Shown here in pieces: positions 1 through 12,147 of a stretch of DNA of 64,000 bases. Both the position numbers and the translations under genes were made by a program. A model generated the notes under the pieces. The model had not been told where the DNA came from. It saw only the letters and a list, made by a program, of their open reading frames with translations, and did no database searches. The first letter of the stretch is position 1. Each line of letters opens with the position of its first letter. The DNA comes from Chrysomallon squamiferum (taxonomy: Eukaryota > Animalia > Mollusca), in contig CM022670.1 in the NCBI GenBank assembly GCA_012295275.1, forward strand, positions 34,224,001 to 34,288,000, read 5' to 3'.

Positions 1-2
1 CT

Positions 3-3000
3 GTAACCTTAAATAAATGGAAATCATTTTCTAAAGAGCAGAAACCTTTTGTAAGTAAGGATGATAATGTTGATAATTTTGGATTTTCTGTAACAAATTC
101 TCAGACTGTACAGAATTCAGCTACAGACATTTCTGATCATTCTCAGGACTGTTTGCTAGTGGGTTGTAGGAAAATGGCAATGATACGAGAAACTTGCTCC
201 CAAGCAGGTGTTCATCAGACTAAGAGGACCGAAACAAAATTAGTTGAATGGACTGAACATCAGGTATGTTTTAACTTTAAACTATCTTCTGGATGTTTTG
301 TATGTAAAATTAGTATTATATTTGTTAAATGGCTAAAATAATTAAATATTTCTGACTATAGTATAAGAATATTAGAAAGTGTCCTAGAAGTTATATGCAG
401 AGCCTAAAAATGTATTTATTTATTTATTTACTGTTTTTATTTCTTGTAGAATATTCAGAAGAAATCACCTTTCCAAAAATTACTATTAGCAGAAACTGAT
501 GAGAATCACCAACAGAAAAAAGTCCAGAAAAAGATAGATCAGAAATAGAATCACCAGAGTAAGCAGTTTGTCCTAATATTTTTTGTACCATCTCTCTTTA
601 ACAAAGATAATCATTGATGTTAAATAAAAACATCAACTGATGCCTTATAATTTATGATTTTATTCTTAAATTTAGTAATGGTTAATTTGCATTCATAATA
701 TTTATAATAGTTATTCTTTTTAATAAATACAAGTTCTTCTCACCATAAGAGTAATCATTATCTTTTAGCAGTAAATAACTTACATTCATCTTTAATAACT
801 TACAACTTGTTTTATAAATATTTTTGTAATATTTATTTCACATTTTAGAAAATTTGTTCTGGAAGCTGATGAATGTAGCAACAATGATGTTCTAAGTAAT
901 TTTTCTGCTGCCTGCAAAGTATGCTCATTCATCTAATTTATTTTTTCTTTAAATTAAATAAATTAATAAATAATAATAAAAAATATAAAAAAACTTACCT
1001 TTAAATAATCTTTTTTTAAAAATTATTTCAAATATATTTTTTTATTTAGAAAATCCTTTTTTTTTTGCAATGCTTCACTGAAGTATTACTACCAATAGAC
1101 TAACATTAAATAAAAATCTTTCTTAGATCTCAGTTAATCAAAAATTATTTTTGTTAGAGTTTGCTTTTGGAATCATCTTTAAAAGAAAGTGATCAATCCA
1201 ATCAGAACGATGTCTGCAACAGGTATTTCACTTATTACTTGTTAAAGAACCATTGCATTTATTGCATTTTTTAACATGTAATACAAGGCATATGAGGTAT
1301 ACTAAACTATGGACAAGAATATTTATATGAATGCCAGCAATAAATGATATTCCAATATCATTTACTGATATAAATATAAACAGTAGAAACGTGCTTAGAG
1401 ACCTAACTTTTAAATAAACCTTAAACAAAAATAACACATAAAAAGAAACATAACTGTCCACAGTTACTAAAATTCATAATTTCATACATTTATTTTTGAA
1501 CTTTATGAAATCGAAAATAATTGATAACCATCCATAATATTTTTAATACATAAAAATATTCACTATTCTTTTATTATTATTGCTTTTAGGAGTGAAGTCA
1601 GCTGGTTCACCAAGAAACAGAAAAAGAAACCTAATGTTAAAGTCTATCAAAAACACAACAAAGTTATTGAGAATGAAGATGATCTTACATTTAGTTCACA
1701 AGTATGTGAAATTATATTTATAAAGCAGCTGTTATTATTTGAATTCACTTAATTATTTTTGGAATTTTGTATTTGACTATGAAAAGACAGTTTCTTAATG
1801 GTTCAAACAATTGTAAAAATATTACTATTATTTTATTAATTTCAGCCATAGTATTTTGGTATACTTAACAATTTTTTTTAATATATTTATTTTATTTTAT
1901 TTTATTTTATGTTTGGATCTTTTTTTTTTTTTATTTTATTGCTCTTTATCTGAATGTTAAAATTATCCAAATTTGTGTTTAGGAATTGGAACTATATGAA
2001 TTATCTCCAGCTGGTCCATTAAACAGAAGTTTCATAAATAAATCTCTGACACCAAAGATACCCAGATCCAAAAAGAAATACAGTCCTCTGGATGTGAAAT
2101 TCATTAAAACACAAAAGACACCTAGTATTGCAAACTTCAGTGATGTTGATGATGGTACATAAAAATATAACAATAGTAATGATATATGACTATACATCAT
2201 TAATTTAAGTGTTTTATATAGTCATTTTTAATTATAGTCTTTTATATATTTCAAATTGGTAAAAATCAAAAATCAAAGAGTAATAAAATGCATTCAAAAA
2301 AGAATAATGAATTACTGATGTTAAGATGGATGCTAATTCTTTTTATTGTATAGTATAAATTTAAATATTTTTTAATTATTTGTCATTTTGTTTACTTTCA
2401 GAAGGAACTATTTCAGAATCATCAGATCAGCAAAACAATGTGGTATTCTTGTAAAATAAATTGAAAATACCTGAATCATTTTGAATAATTACTAATATCA
2501 TTTCATTAATTTCTTTTGGGGAAAAATTGTTATGGTTTTCTTTGAAAGAAAATAAACTACTATTTCATAATTTCTTGATTACAAACATTGACTTGATTAT
2601 ATTGCTATTGCTATATATTTATTTTGTGTAAAATATGTGTAGATGATTTAATTTGTGATTATTTCCTTGAAATTATTTTTATTTAAAATCTGCTTCTATT
2701 TATAAAAGAAAACTTTATCTGAATCTTTTTTTTTTCTCACAATTCTTAAGAAAGCACAAATCATTAACATGCTAAAAAATGACCATGGTGAAAAGATTGC
2801 TTTTCCTGTATCTGGTAAGTGCTTTCATCTGTTGATTTAAATTGCTGATTCAGTGGCCTGGAAGGGTTGTAAAAAGAAATACACTGAAATGTGATTCAGT
2901 ATTGAAACACTAGCCAATATAATTGCAGAGTAAATTTTACTAACATAATCATTTCTCTTGCTTTTCTTTCAGTTTTTTTACTTTTTATGTTTTATTGGAT

Positions 3001-4109
3001 TAAACTATAGCAAATTTGTATTTCTGATGCTTTTTAAAAAAAAAAAAAATTTGCCGATTGTTACTAAAGATTAATACTTGAAAGTATTAAGACATGAATA
3101 TTTCTAATTATTTTTTACACTTTCTGTTTTAGGTCCATCATCAACTATCAGACCAAATAAATCAGCAATGAAAAGAAAATATCCAGTATCCTGAATAATA
3201 TCTTAATGTATTTATTCATTTTAAATCTTATATTAAGAGTTCTCTTTTAGCTAAAATTGACAAACAATAATGAAATTATTTCCTTAATCATATCAGAATC
3301 TTGATTCATTTTTCCCAGAAAATGATGGTGATTCATCTTCTTCATCTGAACTAAAAAACACTTCCAGGCTTATTCCAAGAAAATTATTCAAAAATGATGA
3401 TAAAGGTAACTTATTATAAATTAAGATTTATTACTGTCTGGAACAAACTGTTTTGATACTTAAGATATGATCAGTTAAATCAGTCAGGATTAAGAACTTC
3501 ATTGTACATAACTTTTATAGCATTATGCTGTAGCTATTAAAATAAATGTTTTAATTTTTTTAGGAAAAGCAACCAATAGATACATTTATTATTACTATTT
3601 TCTTTATTATTATTATTTTTTTTTATATAGTATCACTCTGTAACTATTAAAATAAATGTTTTATTTTTTGTATTTGCATTTATTTTAGAGAATCCTGGGA
3701 ATGTAAATATCAAATCCTTTGACAAAGCAGCAAATGAACCATCTCTTTTAAAATGTCAAAATGATAATGATGTTTCTGAATTAGATTTAACACTGCCTGA
3801 ATCCAGTGACCTGAATCTTCAGAAGGGTGTTAAGTCTATCTTCAAAACATTTTCTATTGATTTACAAAACCAATTAAAGGTATTGCTTTATACACTATTT
3901 TTAATTGCTTTAACTGTAAATATTTGTTTTATAGTTTTTACTGGAAAACAATAAATTAAAATCATGAAAATCATACATTTGAGAATGAAACTGATAATAT
4001 CAATATTATATTTATAAACTGTTTTCTATTTTTATATCAATTAACTGAAATTATCTATCTGTCTAGCCATGAAATTATCTATCTGTCTATCAATGTATGT
4101 ATCTATAAA

Positions 4110-4151
<42 letters not shown>

Positions 4152-6134
4152 TTCAGGGAATATGTATAATTCATGAAAATTTCAGAAGATATGTGTAATC
4201 TGTGAAATGAATGTAAATGTGGCCAGGTTTGGTGATTGTCCAAGGGAAACCTAGGCATCTACAGTGTAAAAGGTCCTTAGAAAGAGCATGCTTATTGTTG
4301 ATTAGCAGATAACTCAATATATCTCAATGGACTGTTGGTCTGCTTGATTCTGTTTCAGAAGAATTCTAGTCTTTACAGTAGAATTAATAATAAATACATA
4401 ATAGTCGAGAAAATTTATTTAGGATTATTATTATTTTATTTTTTTTTGTTAATTAATTTATCTATTATGTAATTATTGTTTTTAAGATATCCTGTTTATA
4501 ATTGCAGAAAAAACAACACTGTCTTGAAACAATTACCAGAAATACTCTAAAGTTCACTCACAAATCTTTTAGTGAGAAATGGAAGCAACAATCTGAAATC
4601 AGGTACAAACATTTATCTGTTACTTAATCCATTTAAACTTTGTTATTCAGGTATTCTCAGGATTTAATTTAAAGTAACTATCTTTAAACTTCTAATAAAT
4701 TATTAGCAAATATAAAATATGTAATTATAAATAGTAAGTATAATATTAATAATATAAGTTTATTTTTTCATCATGATATATATACTTTGTTTCAAAATTC
4801 TTTTGTTCTTTGTAATACAAGAAGTTTTATAAAGACATGTATATGACTCATTTCAGAAAAAGAATCATGAATACTTTTAATGAAAAAGTCATAGCAGAAC
4901 TTGAGATTTTGGAAAAAGATATTGCTGCTTTAAAAAGTGCTGAAGACCAGGCAGTGGTATTATTTTCATTTAATTTTCTGTTTTCAGTATCATAACCTCA
5001 AAGTACATCCATCATCAATCATAATTTTATAATAATTCACTAATATTGCTCTCACTCTGTAATTTAACAACATTTAAAGATATTTTATTGAAATAAAGTT
5101 CATATTTAATATTTTAGACAAAGAGTTAATTGTTACTGAAAAATCAAAAATATCCTTTATTTACAGGCTTTCTTCAAATTGCAGAAGAAAATGTTTGAAA
5201 ATCATAAGGTTACACAGGAGACAGGGTATGAATTGTTGCTAATCAGATTCTTAAATTTCCCTTTGCATCAAAGAAGGTTATAAATTACACATATATCTGT
5301 CATGCACCAGTCAAATAATGTACTCCCTTTATGACCAAATAGCAGAAATAAAAATATTTTTATTATCCATATTGAAATTTCATAAACATTAAGTAAAATA
5401 CAGCTTTGATCCATTAGGATAAAACTTTAAACAAATTTTGTTTTCATTTTTTATCATTAGATTAACAAATCTAAAGCAAATCCACACAACACTGAATGAT
5501 GATACAAAAACAGCAGAGGAGAATGAAAAATATCTGAAGGTATTTTATTAAAGATTCTCAGTTACTGAGGTTTTGTGTTTTTAATGTTATTAATATCTAT
5601 ATCTAGCTATCTACCTATCAATATATATATATATATTTTTTTATTTGTTATTATTATAAAAAAAACTAAAAACAAATTATAGGATATATGCATCTTACTT
5701 TTAATCTGTTTGACAACATACCAGTAGTACTGGATAATATAGTACCAACAGATTTATATATGTGCATCTATAAAATGCTCTTTCAGAATAACATTTCACA
5801 TGTTTTGAAAAATGAAATCTCAGAGTTACAGAGGAAACTGTTACTAGATACTGTAAGTAAACATTAGTATTTAATATTTATAAAACTACACAATAAGAAA
5901 CATTTTTGTTTGCATTTTTCTTTCTTTGAACCACATATATTTTTAGGACATTTTTTTTATTAATAATCAAGGAAATATAAAATCATAATGTATTTTAGGA
6001 AACAGTAAGAAGTACTTGAGTTAGAATTTAGAAACTTTTATTTTAATTACTCTTTCAAATGAAATTCTTGTTTCTTTCAGCAAAAACAGCAATTGGAAAA
6101 TGTCAGGAAGTGTCTTTTTGCTCTTATGACATGA
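3..6134 (+). CDS. SYCP2: Synaptonemal complex protein 2-like (5'-partial; Ser/Lys-rich disordered region plus C-terminal Cor1/SYCP3-homologous coiled coil)
   Basis: GT-AG exons spliced by hand: <3-263, 450-558, 849-918, 1158-1222, 1590-1701, 1983-2154, 2402-2442, 2751-2814, 3133-3185, 3297-3405, 3689-3879, 4508-4602, 4857-4956, 5167-5225, 5461-5539, 5787-5852, 6081-6134 (TGA). Phases are consistent except for a 1-nt deficit in 450-558. The C-terminus (KKQHCLETITRNTLKFTHKSFSEKWKQQSEIR...NNISHVLKNEISELQRKLLLDTQKQQLENVRKCLFALMT*) is colinear with the Cor1 domain (recalled human SYCP3 AKRKRLEMYTKASLK...[30 protein letters not shown]). More than 350 aa of disordered sequence upstream favours SYCP2 over the short SYCP3. 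Confidence 0.75.
3186..3296 (+). other. Candidate U12-type (minor spliceosome) GT-AG intron in the SYCP2-like gene
   Basis: The 5' end GTATCCTG matches the U12 consensus RTATCCTT at 7 of 8 positions. Branch motif TTTCCTTAAT lies about 10 nt before the CAG acceptor, with no polypyrimidine tract. Removing the intron keeps frame (KRKYP|NLDSFFP). Confidence 0.7.
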
Positions 6135-9009
6135 ATATTGTAAGAGATTTTGTTTTTGCATATAAATACTTTTTTTCTCTGTAATAGAACTGTTAGAAAT
6201 GTTAAAAAATATTTTTATTTCATTGTTATTGTGATACTTATCTTTAAAAATCTGATTAATAGATTTAGTCACCTTTTTTCCAAATTTTTATTTTCTTAAA
6301 ACATTTGCTATGTAGGTTACTTTCTACTTTACTTTGTTTTTCCCTTTGAACTTTTAGTTTATAGCAAAATAATTTGTTACCTTTCTGTTTTTATTCATTT
6401 ATATAGTTATGCATTTATTTCTTAGACGTTTTTCTTATATTAATAGTTTCACAAAAGAGCCAAGCATTGCTTCCAGAATAATAATGTATATACAGTTTAT
6501 TATTAAATCTTTACAAAAGATTGTTGTTTCAAATAACAGATTAAATGTTATTGTTATAAACATTTAAGTTTATTAATTTGTACTTAAGCTAACATACTTT
6601 TGAAGTTCCCTTCCTTTTAATATCTTGCACAAAATATTTTATTAGAATGTTTATTAAAAAAACCAATGGAATGTTTACTTTTCATGCAGTGGTGTTCTTG
6701 AGCATGAAAGCAAACAAAATTATCAAAACAATGGGCTGTTAAATAGATATTTATATATATGAAGTTCTTGTTTCATCCCTTGATCAAAACAATTACTCAT
6801 TAACCTGTGATATCTTCCAGTGAATCATTGCATTACCATGTCATACCAATCTTATTTTTAAGTGTATGAGTTAGTGTTTCTATTCAGATTAATAAAATAA
6901 AAAAATTATTCTATTTAAATTTTTCCGAGTTCTTAGGATATGATAGATATGCACAAGTTATTAATAAATGGATGTAGTTTATTTTAAGTCAGTTTAACAT
7001 TTCAATTTTGTTGTCTTTCATCGAACTTTTCAACTAGAATATCACTCTTAATTTCTAGTACTGTATTTAAGTCAGATGTTAAAAATAAAGTGTCTGTGAA
7101 AGTTTGTTTCCTTTTTTGTTTGATTCACAGACATTTTCAATCAGTCAAACCTCTTACTGCTGCTACTGGTCGATTTCTGTTTTGTAACATATTCACAACA
7201 GAGTACAATTTCAAGAGCAACATGTTTATTGTGATTTTGATTCCCTTGAATATATATTAAATAATTAAAAATTATTTACATAAATCTATTTAATACAAAG
7301 TATATACACTGGACATAATCTTAATAATATCTTATATATAAAAGAAAAAGTTTTCCAAACAATATAACATCTATAAATATATCACAACACTGCTAACCAT
7401 TTAACACTGCTTTTAACATTAATTTATTGTCAGCTGCAAATAAAAAAACGTTTTAAACTGTATCGAGATGTGCATCAGTTATATGGATTATTAATATGGC
7501 ATCACACCACTCTTTTGAAAAAAAATGTTAATTTCCCTCTAGTTTAATGGTTAACTGGTCCTGAAACTATTTGTAATTATTACTTTGTAGCATATGATGT
7601 CATAACACACTCTACTAATGATATTTGAAATCTTATAATTGTAGCTACAGCGTATTTATGTAACATGCCACGTTCCAGTTTCTGTATTCATGGCTGCAAT
7701 CTGCCAAATGACTGATATAAATTTAAAAATATGTCCAATGGTTTATAGAATATTTAAAATAATTAGTTTTTGTTTTCAAATGTTAATTTCCTGATTTAAG
7801 TTACCACTAAAATTACATTTTAAATCTATTTTTTTTAAATATTTACACTGAAGGCATTTAAAAACATAGTATTAGTGTAATTTGAAAAAAGAAAAGAAAA
7901 TTACATTTATTTTCTTTAGAATATATGTTATAACATAAAAATACAAATATGAAGGCATTGTTAATTTATAAAATCTAATTAGCTAAAATATGTAAATGTG
8001 TTGTATCTCACTAGTTCATGATACCTGAAGACTGAAGTATCACACTGAATGTGTAACAAGTCTGCAAAATAATGTTGCACACTACTGCAACTTTCTTCAT
8101 ACAGCACTGGTAAATATAGTTTTAATTTCATACACTGATCACAATATAATCAAAAACAAAATCAAGAGCACATAATTCAAATTCTGAACCAGTAATAGAA
8201 GCATATGAAATTAACATTCAGTGATATTTTTAAAGACAACATTTGAGTACTAATATCTTTAATGATGAACATTTATAACTGTTAAAAACAAACTCATCAG
8301 TAATAACCAAAATATTTCAATACTGAATTAAATATTAACTGAAAATGATCTGTTCTAAAAATAACCTAAGATTACATTAAAATTATCTGTTATTAAATCA
8401 CACAAAATTAGTTACCTAAAAAAAGAAAAATATTAGTAATAGAAATAAAAGAAAAATATAAATAAAACAATAATGATAATCACTATTTAAGTTTAATGAA
8501 ACAGACCAAATTATTAGTACTATGTAATATGCACTGCATTCCGTAGTTAACTGTAGATTAATGTAAATGACTATTTCATATTATTTTCTTTTAACTGTAA
8601 AAACCTTTCTTGAATAGAGTACTTTACAACTAAGAAATATCTTGGTAATTAAGAAATATTAAAACACAATGTACACATGTACAAAAACGATGATTTTTAT
8701 TGCATCATACACACTAATTACAAGCTGGAAAAGCTCTCACCTGAATGAAATACGAATTACATTATAAACCTTGATACCTGGGATGTGACAATTAAAAATG
8801 AAAACTTATTATCACAAATAGTGTATTCTATAAAGCAGTCTTAACACTGAAACACTGAACTTGAGTTGAGTTCTTGCATCACACCATATGTTATTTCTGT
8901 TAAGGCCAAAGTGGACAAAAGACAAATGTATTGCACATTTAATTACAATTTTAAAGTCCAAATATGGCCAAGCAATAAATATATACATTTTTTTAAACTA
9001 TGCAAGAAT

Positions 9010-12000
9010 TTAGGATGCTGAACTTGCTTCCTGACTTGCAGTTTCTCTTCTTGCTTGTTCCCGAACCCATGGTTTTGCTTTCACACGATAGAATTTGGTA
9101 CCTACAGGAACTTTGAATCGATTTTGAGGCTGAAGAAAAGTCAAAAATAAAATCATTTTTAATTACAACATATATAAGGATTTTCAAGTTAACAAAGCCA
9201 TAAAAATTGTTTTCATATTCTTTTTATTATTATTATTAATTTATTAATTTATTATTTTTTTCTTTAGAATCGGTGTACAATTAAAACATGAAAAAAAAAA
9301 AATAATAGAAAATTTTATTTGACAACATTAACTTTTTAAATAACAGATACATACACACACACATATATACTAGTACCTTTTTTGCTTGGCAATATTCTTT
9401 GTCTACTATTTCAGCTAGCACCCATGATTTGCGACTTTCACCTTGAGCTGAAATAGTATTTGGAAACAACATTCTTTATTAATTACCATCATAATTTCAA
9501 TTTTAATTTCACAGAGATTATTTTTTGTGAATTCTTTAACAATAAACTTTCCTTTTATCCACCCATTTATAAAATTATTTTCTTCATTGAAAAAAAACTA
9601 CTCCAATTAATTTAATTATATTTAATAACAATATATACAACAATAAAGAATTAACATTATAAAAAGAAAAGAAAAAATGAAAATCTTAAATTAATTAAAA
9701 AAAAAAACTTCTATCTTGATACATAGCAATACAGCCTATACACGTTTGACAGATCAATTTCAAAGAACTGACTTGTCATTTAAATTTGAAAATCAACAGC
9801 TTTTAATGCTATCTGAAATTATCAATTAAACTGTGATTTTAATTTTGAAATTAAAGATTTATAGCCTAAATGAAAACAAATTTGAATTTTATTTTACAAT
9901 AATGACCTGTTTTTAGTCCAAGAAGTTCCAGACATTCTGTGTGAAGAAAATGAAGTGTTGTTCCAATGGTGAACACAACATACTGGTCATGTCGTTCATC
10001 CAAACACAGGAGCACCAAGTCTCCAACACTGCAGCTAAAGAGGAAAATAAAACTTGTACAGACTCATTTACTCACTTTTATTTATTTATTTATTTATTTA
10101 TATATTTATTTATTTAACTTTTTTATTTAATAATTTGTTTTAGTTTTATTTTTATTTATTTTATTTTATTTTATTTTATTTTATTTATTTTATTTTATTT
10201 TATTTTATTTTATTTTATTTTATTTTATTTATTTACTTATTTATTTATTTATTTAATTATTTATGAACCACCAAACCCACTAACATTATTTTTTTTATTT
10301 TATTTAAAAGTTAATAAATACTAATCAAACAAACCTTGTGATAGAGACTTTGTCTTGGGCTATAGCTCGAGTGCTGGCTGACATTGATAGTGCCATCTGA
10401 AATACACAAAAATAAACATTACCTAAAATTTAATTCAAATTATATGCCATTTAAAAGATTTACAATATGCTCAAATTTCAATGCCATTTTTTTATTATTA
10501 TTATTTACAATCTATTTGTATGTTTGAAACAATTTCCTATATTATAACAAAAACAAACATACAGAAATGAAAATTAATGAAATAGCCTAACGAAAAAAAA
10601 AATACTGCAGCATGTTTAAGAGTCATTTATAAAGTTCCTACCACTTTGCTTTGAAGATTTGTAATTTCTTCTTCTTTTGCCTTGATTACCTATTAAAAAC
10701 AATGATTATGTTGTATTTTAGCAGCAAGAAATCAAAGACAAGGCCTGTAACAGAATGCTTATAAATTTATTTATCTACTAAATATTTTCACAACATATAA
10801 ACTTTGGAAAAAACAACAACAAAAAAATATTTAAGATACTGCAGATCACACTGCTAAAGCATACACTTTTCATCTTGCATATATTATTAAGTATCAAAGA
10901 GGATAACATTCTTATGTAAATTATCTGTAGTGTCAGTGACAGAAAAACAGATCTGCAGATTCTGTCTACATATCATTCACTTAACTGTGTGCTGAAATAA
11001 TGAATTATAATTATAAAATACAAAAGTCAACATTTTTTGCAACAAACAGCAATGTTTAAAATTAAAGTAATTAAATACTTACTGTTTCTAATTCATATAT
11101 TTTATCAAAGGATTGAACATCTGTAACTGCTGCCCTGTAAAGAAATATTAGAAACAATATGTAAGATTACTTTATTCCACAGCGAAGGACATAGAACGAG
11201 AACACTTTTAAATTTTTTAATGTACACTGAGGCGGTTTTATTACAATTAGAATGAAAGTTTAATGAAATTCCACAACAACAATAACAAATAAATAAATAA
11301 AAAATAAAAATATTAAAAACAAATGAAAATTAAAGAAAAAAACATATCAGTAATTATTTGTCATGCAAACAGCATTAGTAATTTTGTAAATATTAAACCA
11401 TCTGCATAATATCAGCTATAATGTTATTAGAGAGTGTGTCAGATATCACTCTTCTACAAAATTAACAGTAATCTTACTGATTCTTATTTAAAACAAACAC
11501 TGACCCTTCTCTGTGTGCTGCTGGTGCAACTGAGCTTGTCAGTAACTGGCTCTGATAAACATTTAACTGCCCTTTCAGTGTTTCAACCTCCTTTTTGAGA
11601 TCAGTTTCTTTTCAAGCTGAATAGATCAAAACCAGTGTTAGTTACCACACATTTGTGTTGTGTTATTTCATCATTTCAAATGGCATGATGAACACAATTT
11701 ATGTTATAAATATATTTCAAATATAAAATGGGACTCAAACAAAAAAGCTACACAATTCACTTGGTAAAACTATCTTTGAGAAAAACTGATTAAAAACATT
11801 TCTTATTTGTCAAATTATATAATCTGAAAACAGCTCTGATAAAAACCCCAAAAAACAATTATGATATGTATTTTTTAATAAAGGTTATATTAGAAACCTT
11901 GAACTCTGTTCAGATTCAGCTGACTCTTCTGCAGTTTCTTCTGCCCCTGTCCTTTCAGATGTCTTCTCCAAGTGAGCTGTTTGATGTAAAACACAACAAA

Positions 12001-12112
12001 AATTAATTAGTTTTATTGCTTTTGTTTTGGGAATTTTGTTTATCTACAGGGATACGTTTTCTAGCTGAAATTGTATTACAGAAGTATGACAATATGATTT
12101 AATATGGTGGTT

Positions 12113-12147
<35 letters not shown>

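Noticed and set aside
3689-6134. Calling the first gene SYCP3
   Set aside because: In-phase coding exons extend more than 350 codons upstream of the Cor1 domain, far longer than the SYCP3 N-terminus. SYCP2-like is preferred, though unproven.
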